Source: a virus | Taxonomy: Duplodnaviria > Heunggongvirae > Uroviricota > Caudoviricetes | Reading direction: 5' to 3' (one strand) | DNA length: 40,584 nt | Virus record (IMG/VR): IMGVR_UViG_3300009500_000011 | Coordinates: 1-40,584 of that record | Part shown: positions 35,960-40,584 of the stretch, piece by piece | Numbering within the stretch: the first letter of the stretch is position 1 | Layout of the letters: each line of letters starts with the position of its first letter | Translations under genes and position numbers: made by a program | The notes under the pieces: generated by a model | Databases searched by the model: none | Seen by the model: only the letters and a program-made list of their open reading frames with translations | What the model was told of the DNA's origin: nothing

Positions 35960-37927
35960 ATGGCTTTAATAATACCAAATTACACCGAACCTGGGGCTTA
36001 TTCAACCATTGTTTTAAATCCAACAACGGTTTCTAGTTCTGGGCCTCCAATTGTTGCAATCCTTGGTCAAGCTCTCCAGGGCACGTATTCTCCATCCCTT
36101 TTTTACAATGCTGATGATGCTCAAACAATGTATGGAAATGCTACTAAAGCAAATCCATTACCGTTGGGTATTCAAATTGCCTTTGCAAACGGCGCTTCCA
36201 GAGTTTTAGGTATCAATGTTGAACCAACAAACTCACAAGTAGCGTATATGACTCTTGCTGCAACTGGGCTACCAGGTGTTGTAATCTGTAATCAAGGTTC
36301 CTTAACTTCAAGCATTCCAACAGAAACATATTCTCCAGCACCTTCTGGAGCAAATGGACTTCTTGACCCTGTAACACAATTACCAATTAATCTAAATGGT
36401 ACTGTTTCAGGTGTTTTCTATATTCAAGATTTTAACCCTGATGTTGCAGACCCAGTTTTAAACTCATCACCTCAAGCAACACAAACCGCTTTTGCCTTAG
36501 CAGCGGGTACAAACCTTCTTCAATATATTATATATGGAACAGCCCCATTATTAAATGGCGTCCAACAGGTTCCATTAGCAAATACAAATATGGTAGAAGT
36601 TACTGTTCCTGCTATTGCTCAAACAGCAGTACCAACTGGTTATCAATCATCAATTTTAAATACTGCAATTACCCAAGGTCAATGGAATCAATTAAGTAAT
36701 GCTATTGGGTTAACAAATGCTATTAATTCAACTCCTAATGTTCCAATTGTAGCACAAATATTAATTCCTAATGCTGCACAAACCGATGCTGAACCTTTTG
36801 TTGGATGGCAAGAACTTTATTCATGCCTTGGACAAAATGTTACTATTAACACAACTACTCATGCTGCAACCAGTATAATGGATTTATATGCATTAGCTGT
36901 TCAATATGGTGTTCTTAGTTTTCAATCAATTCAACCAGGTTCACAACATGAAATTGTTCTTGGTATGTTTGCTACATCAAGTTTTGATACTGCAACAAAC
37001 ACACTTCCTTTTGGTTTACCTTGTGCCTTTGCTGGTACAGGATATTCAAATCCATTTCTAATTATAGATAATGGTGTAGATGGCGTTGTTACAGATACAT
37101 CATATATCAATACTATTAATAACGTTCTTACAACTGTTCGTGCTGATATTGTTGTTTGTTTAAATACAGATACAGGTCTTCAATCAGTTCTTAAAGACCA
37201 TGTAACATTCATGTCAACAACACAAGAACGTAATGAACGTATTGCAATTGTTTCTGGTCCAGTTTCAGAATTGTATACTACATCAATTGCAAATGCTCAA
37301 GCATTACAAGGTGGTGCTGGTGCAGAACGTATGGTTTATATTTGGCCTACTGGTATTTACTATCAAGACCCAATTTTACGTTCACAAGTTATTTTAGATG
37401 GAACTTATATTGCTTGTGCTTGTGCTGGTATTCTTGCTGGTAATGATGCCGCAACACCATTAACTCGTCAAGTATTAAGTGGTTTCATTGATGTAACTCA
37501 ACATGTCACTCGTACTCTTGCAAATAGCATTGCTCAAAATGGTATCACCATTATTGAAAACAATCCAACTCAAGGTCTTCGTGTTCGTCATGGTTTAACT
37601 TGTGACCCAACATATCCAGAAACACAAGAAATTTCAGTTGTTCGTCAAGTTGACTTTGTTGCCCAAACAGTTCGTGATGCTTTAGACCTTGGATTCATTG
37701 GTACAAAAATTGTCCCAAATACTGTATCTGCAATCACAAGCGTTACAACTTCAACATTAACAACTCTTGTTAATAACCAAATTATTTATGGATTTAAAAA
37801 CGTCTCAGCAATGATTGACCCTAGTCTTCCAACACAAATTGACGTTCGCTTCGACATTCGTCCTGCATATCCATTAAATTACATCCAAATTACTTTATCT
37901 GTAGATAGCACCTTATCAGGTTTCTAA
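35960..37927 (+). CDS. Contractile tail sheath protein
   Basis: Y.EPGAY, VAILG.A..G, AF.NGASRV, HV..MS...RNER, AC..AG, PLT.Q.L.GF, L..NGIT.IE, EISVVR.VDFV...R, FIG, V.F...P.YPLNYI. GGGAG RBS. Confidence 0.92.
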   Translation: MALIIPNYTEPGAYSTIVLNPTTVSSSGPPIVAILGQALQGTYSPSLFYNADDAQTMYGNATKANPLPLGIQIAFANGASRVLGINVEPTNSQVAYMTLAATGLPGVVICNQGSLTSSIPTETYSPAPSGANGLLDPVTQLPINLNGTVSGVFYIQDFNPDVADPVLNSSPQATQTAFALAAGTNLLQYIIYGTAPLLNGVQQVPLANTNMVEVTVPAIAQTAVPTGYQSSILNTAITQGQWNQLSNAIGLTNAINSTPNVPIVAQILIPNAAQTDAEPFVGWQELYSCLGQNVTINTTTHAATSIMDLYALAVQYGVLSFQSIQPGSQHEIVLGMFATSSFDTATNTLPFGLPCAFAGTGYSNPFLIIDNGVDGVVTDTSYINTINNVLTTVRADIVVCLNTDTGLQSVLKDHVTFMSTTQERNERIAIVSGPVSELYTTSIANAQALQGGAGAERMVYIWPTGIYYQDPILRSQVILDGTYIACACAGILAGNDAATPLTRQVLSGFIDVTQHVTRTLANSIAQNGITIIENNPTQGLRVRHGLTCDPTYPETQEISVVRQVDFVAQTVRDALDLGFIGTKIVPNTVSAITSVTTSTLTTLVNNQIIYGFKNVSAMIDPSLPTQIDVRFDIRPAYPLNYIQITLSVDSTLSGF

Positions 37928-37945
37928 TCTAAAGGGGTTTAAGAA

Positions 37946-38578
37946 ATGCCTTTTAATCCGAATGCTACAGCAGCCAATTATGCTGCTCCACAACCAGTTA
38001 CACATGAAAGTATACCACCAAATGGTAGGCGTGTGGTTACGGCGGACTTTGCATTTATCTACATCAACGGTACATCCATTGGTTTGGTTCAAAGATTTAG
38101 TCCAACAGAAAGCCGTCCAGTTCAAACTCAATTTGAAATTGGAAACATCTACCCCGTAGAGTTTGTTCCTGCACCTTGGTCAGGACGTATTTCTGTTTCA
38201 AGATTAGAAATCTTTAAAAATGCTCTTTACGTTGCATTTGGTTTTGGTCAAGGTATTACAACTTATGGATTAGCTCCATATTGGCCTGCTGATAAATTTT
38301 TAAATGGAAAACCAGTTATCACAACTCTTGCCGACATTCAATGGCCACTTGATATTCAATTACATATTCAAGGACCACCATTGTTAGCAAATCCTATTAC
38401 AGTTAAAACTTTCCAAGAATGTTGGATTACTGAAATAGGTAGTTCCTATGATGCTGGTGCTAAAATTGTTGCCGAAAATGTATCATTTGTTTATCGTAAT
38501 ATTGCAATCACCGAAGGAACCATTGGTGCTACAGGAGATTCCGGTTTGGCTCAAGCTCCAACAGGCGATTTTGTATAA
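37946..38578 (+). CDS. Tail tube protein
   Basis: Follows sheath. I.ING..IG.VQ.F...E.R.V....EIG....E.VP, P.DI, F..CWI......Y......V.E.V.F. Confidence 0.85.
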   Translation: MPFNPNATAANYAAPQPVTHESIPPNGRRVVTADFAFIYINGTSIGLVQRFSPTESRPVQTQFEIGNIYPVEFVPAPWSGRISVSRLEIFKNALYVAFGFGQGITTYGLAPYWPADKFLNGKPVITTLADIQWPLDIQLHIQGPPLLANPITVKTFQECWITEIGSSYDAGAKIVAENVSFVYRNIAITEGTIGATGDSGLAQAPTGDFV

Positions 38579-38630
38579 AAATATCAATAAAATTCGCGGT
38601 GTTACTATAATTTAAAAAGAAGAATATATA

Positions 38631-38667
38631 TTAGGTGGTAGTTACAATTTATATGACTACCACCTAA
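38631..38667 (+). promoter_or_regulatory. Long stem-loop upstream of tail assembly chaperone
   Basis: TTAGGTGGTAGTTA-loop-TGACTACCACCTAA, ending about 10 nt before the AAGGA RBS. Confidence 0.65.
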
Positions 38668-38688
38668 ATGTTTATAAAGGAAAAAAAT

Positions 38689-39054
38689 ATGCCAGGATTA
38701 GAAGACCTTTTTAAGTTTGGAAGTGTTTCAAAAGAAGTAGAGATTGGAGAATTCAAAGTACGTTTAAGCGTTTTAGATTCTAAACATCTTCAAGACGCTT
38801 TAAATGCTTCTTATGGACCTGATGAGTATGCTAAATTACTTGATTACAAAAAAAATGTTTTAGCTCGCGCAATAACGATTGCTGATGGCGTTAAATATAT
38901 TGAAAATGCAGGTAATCCAACCCCAGAAGAAGTTAAAAATTTAAGTTCAATTATCGACAAACTACATGTTATGGTAGTAAACAGATTATATGATGCTTAT
39001 GATGCAATGGACCTTGAAATTAAAAAACATTTGGATGTTCAAGTAAAAAACTAA
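38689..39054 (+). CDS. Tail assembly chaperone (G-like)
   Basis: Between tube and tape measure genes; ATG 38689 after AAGGA; ends GTA AAA AAC TAA. Confidence 0.8.
   Translation: MPGLEDLFKFGSVSKEVEIGEFKVRLSVLDSKHLQDALNASYGPDEYAKLLDYKKNVLARAITIADGVKYIENAGNPTPEEVKNLSSIIDKLHVMVVNRLYDAYDAMDLEIKKHLDVQVKN
39045..39051 (+). other. -1 ribosomal frameshift slippery site A AAA AAC
   Basis: In-phase X XXY YYZ heptamer just before the stop; the -1 frame is open to 39626. Confidence 0.85.
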
Positions 39055-39626
39055 TTAATGAACCCTGGAGTAGGGCCTACGATTTGGTTTGTCGTTACCT
39101 TCATATAACTCTTCCCGAGTTAAGAAAAATGGATTCAGCAGAAATATTATGGCACTATAATCATGCTATAAATTTCGAAGTTGAACGGCGCACAGAACAA
39201 ACAGAACTTTTAGAGTTTCTTATGCAAATTGTAAACCCATCAATGTATAAAGACTATCTTAACATTAAAAATTCCCCGGTTCATGAAGTTGCAAATAGTG
39301 TCGCCGAAACAGATGAAGAATTCCAAGAACTTGTTGCTAAAGCAAATGCACAGCTTAAGTCTCTTAATATTGAAAACTTAGCAGAGAAACGTACACTTGA
39401 TGTTATTCAAGGTATTACATCTATTGAAGATAAAATGCAAAAGAAACCGTCTTTGGATGTTTTACTTCAAAAACAACCCCAACAAGTAGTAGCTCCTTCT
39501 TCTGTTACTAATCCTAATGTACAACCACCAAAATGGGGTAGACCAGCCGATTTAGGTGAAATAAAAGTCACCGGAAAAACCGAAGAAGAGGATGATGGTT
39601 CAAATCCAGTTTTTTTCATTGAATAA
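39051..39626 (+). CDS. Frameshift extension of tail assembly chaperone (T part of GT)
   Basis: -1 frame reads LINEPWSRAYDLVCRYLH..., continuous with track ORF 39084..39626, which has only a TTG start. Confidence 0.8.
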   Translation, partial: LINEPWSRAYDLVCRYLHITLPELRKMDSAEILWHYNHAINFEVERRTEQTELLEFLMQIVNPSMYKDYLNIKNSPVHEVANSVAETDEEFQELVAKANAQLKSLNIENLAEKRTLDVIQGITSIEDKMQKKPSLDVLLQKQPQQVVAPSSVTNPNVQPPKWGRPADLGEIKVTGKTEEEDDGSNPVFFIE

Positions 39627-39642
39627 TTAGGAATTAATATAA

Positions 39643-40584
39643 ATGGCAGAAGACCGCGATAAAAAAGAAGGTGTTCTACATAGCGCAAAAGGCTTAGAAG
39701 CACTTGAGGGCTTATTTCATGATGCTGTTAGTGGCGATTATGAAGAAGCAGGTAGTTTTGAAGATAATATTGGTGCTACTGCTGAACAAGTCCACAGAAT
39801 GCATGATTCCGGTCCTAAACCTGCTTCTTTACGTGCTATTGGCACAATTAATTTTCAAGATGACACAACAGAAACAGTTGCACCTGTCAATAAAAAGAAA
39901 AGAAAGAGAAGAAAATCCCAACCTGAAGAAGTTCGTGGTACAGCAGAAGAAACAGAAATTGAGGCTCAACCTCCAGCAGCATTACGAGATACAACTTATC
40001 CATTAGCGGTTCGTGAAACAGCAAATCTAGCAACAACACGACCAAATTGGATACCCGGAAAAGAAAATGCTTTTCCTGTAATTCCTAAAAATGAATCACA
40101 AGCATTAGCTAATATTTCAACTGAAGGTATTAGTTCAATGGGTCATATCTCTCAAGATATAACTTCCCTTCGTAATCCTAATTCTACTAACTCTACAACA
40201 GGATTAGGTGGCATTTTATTATGGCTTCAAAAAATTAATGACACCCTTGATGATATTAGCGAAAAACTTGATTCACTTACAGGCAAAGATGGAAAAACAC
40301 CATCACCATTAGCTCCCGGTGGCAAAAAAGATAAAGATGAAAAAGAAGATGGTCCAAACTGGCTAGGAGCAATAGGCGGAGTAACAGCCGCTTTAGCTGC
40401 CCTTGCTGCTATTGCTGGGCCTGCTGTTCAAGGAGCTATTTCTCAATTAGGTAAATCTTTATCAAGTGCCGGTGAAGAAATCGAAGCATGGGCCAAAAAA
40501 CTTGGTGGTGGAGTAATTAACGAGGGAGAAAACTTAATTGATGATGTTGCCAGAGGAGCAAAAGGTATTGGTGGATTTGTCAAA
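39643..40584 (+). CDS. Probable tape measure protein, N-terminal 314 aa (3'-truncated, not in ORF track)
   Basis: ATG 39643 after AGGA; open to the window end (MAEDRDKKEG...WLGAIGGVTAALAALAAIAGPAVQG...GIGGFVK). Follows G/GT; becomes A/G-rich and helical. Confidence 0.7.
   Translation, partial: MAEDRDKKEGVLHSAKGLEALEGLFHDAVSGDYEEAGSFEDNIGATAEQVHRMHDSGPKPASLRAIGTINFQDDTTETVAPVNKKKRKRRKSQPEEVRGTAEETEIEAQPPAALRDTTYPLAVRETANLATTRPNWIPGKENAFPVIPKNESQALANISTEGISSMGHISQDITSLRNPNSTNSTTGLGGILLWLQKINDTLDDISEKLDSLTGKDGKTPSPLAPGGKKDKDEKEDGPNWLGAIGGVTAALAALAAIAGPAVQGAISQLGKSLSSAGEEIEAWAKKLGGGVINEGENLIDDVARGAKGIGGFVK

Noticed and set aside
35960-38578. Tailocin / eCIS / T6SS interpretation
   Set aside because: Portal, protease, scaffold and capsid genes are present, indicating a complete phage virion module.
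39084-39626. Independent gene with TTG start
   Set aside because: Better explained as the -1 frameshift extension of the chaperone.
39704-40006. 100-aa track ORF
   Set aside because: Out-of-frame overlap with the longer open frame from 39643, which has an RBS and typical codon usage.
1-40584. Stop-codon reassignment
   Set aside because: Genes are long and tightly packed under the standard code; TAG serves as a normal stop at 5970-5972.
1-40584. CRISPR array, tRNA/rRNA, IS element, intron/intein, DGR
   Set aside because: No spaced nucleotide repeats, cloverleaf, transposase, reverse transcriptase, intein motifs or adenine-variable repeat pair were seen. Repeats are protein-level and diverged in DNA. 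Checked by eye only.

Overview
This window is the virion morphogenesis region of a large, AT-rich, contractile-tailed (myovirus-type) dsDNA phage in the standard genetic code. Almost every gene is on the + strand. The order is: head module (5'-truncated acidic protein, portal, MuF-like protein, prohead protease, a 1165-aa double-ParB multidomain protein, scaffold, decoration protein, small HK97-fold major capsid protein); about 16.6 kb of fibre/appendage genes placed between capsid and neck genes; neck, completion and terminator genes; sheath, tube, a tail assembly chaperone with a -1 frameshift; and the start of a tape measure gene missing from the ORF track. One antisense Rad52/Sak-like gene with its own terminator interrupts the head module. 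The most interesting observations are: (1) a recurrent K/R-x-A(S) motif in head proteins that marks domain borders of the 1165-aa protein, suggesting a protease-processed cargo polyprotein; (2) a possible beads-on-a-string neck-fibre system with beta-strand repeats shared with a neck protein; (3) nested domain insertions in fibre proteins, including a circularly permuted module bounded by an 'ITA' microhomology; (4) apparent GATC avoidance; (5) an unannotated AP2-domain relic. All product calls come from motif reading and synteny; no database search was run.
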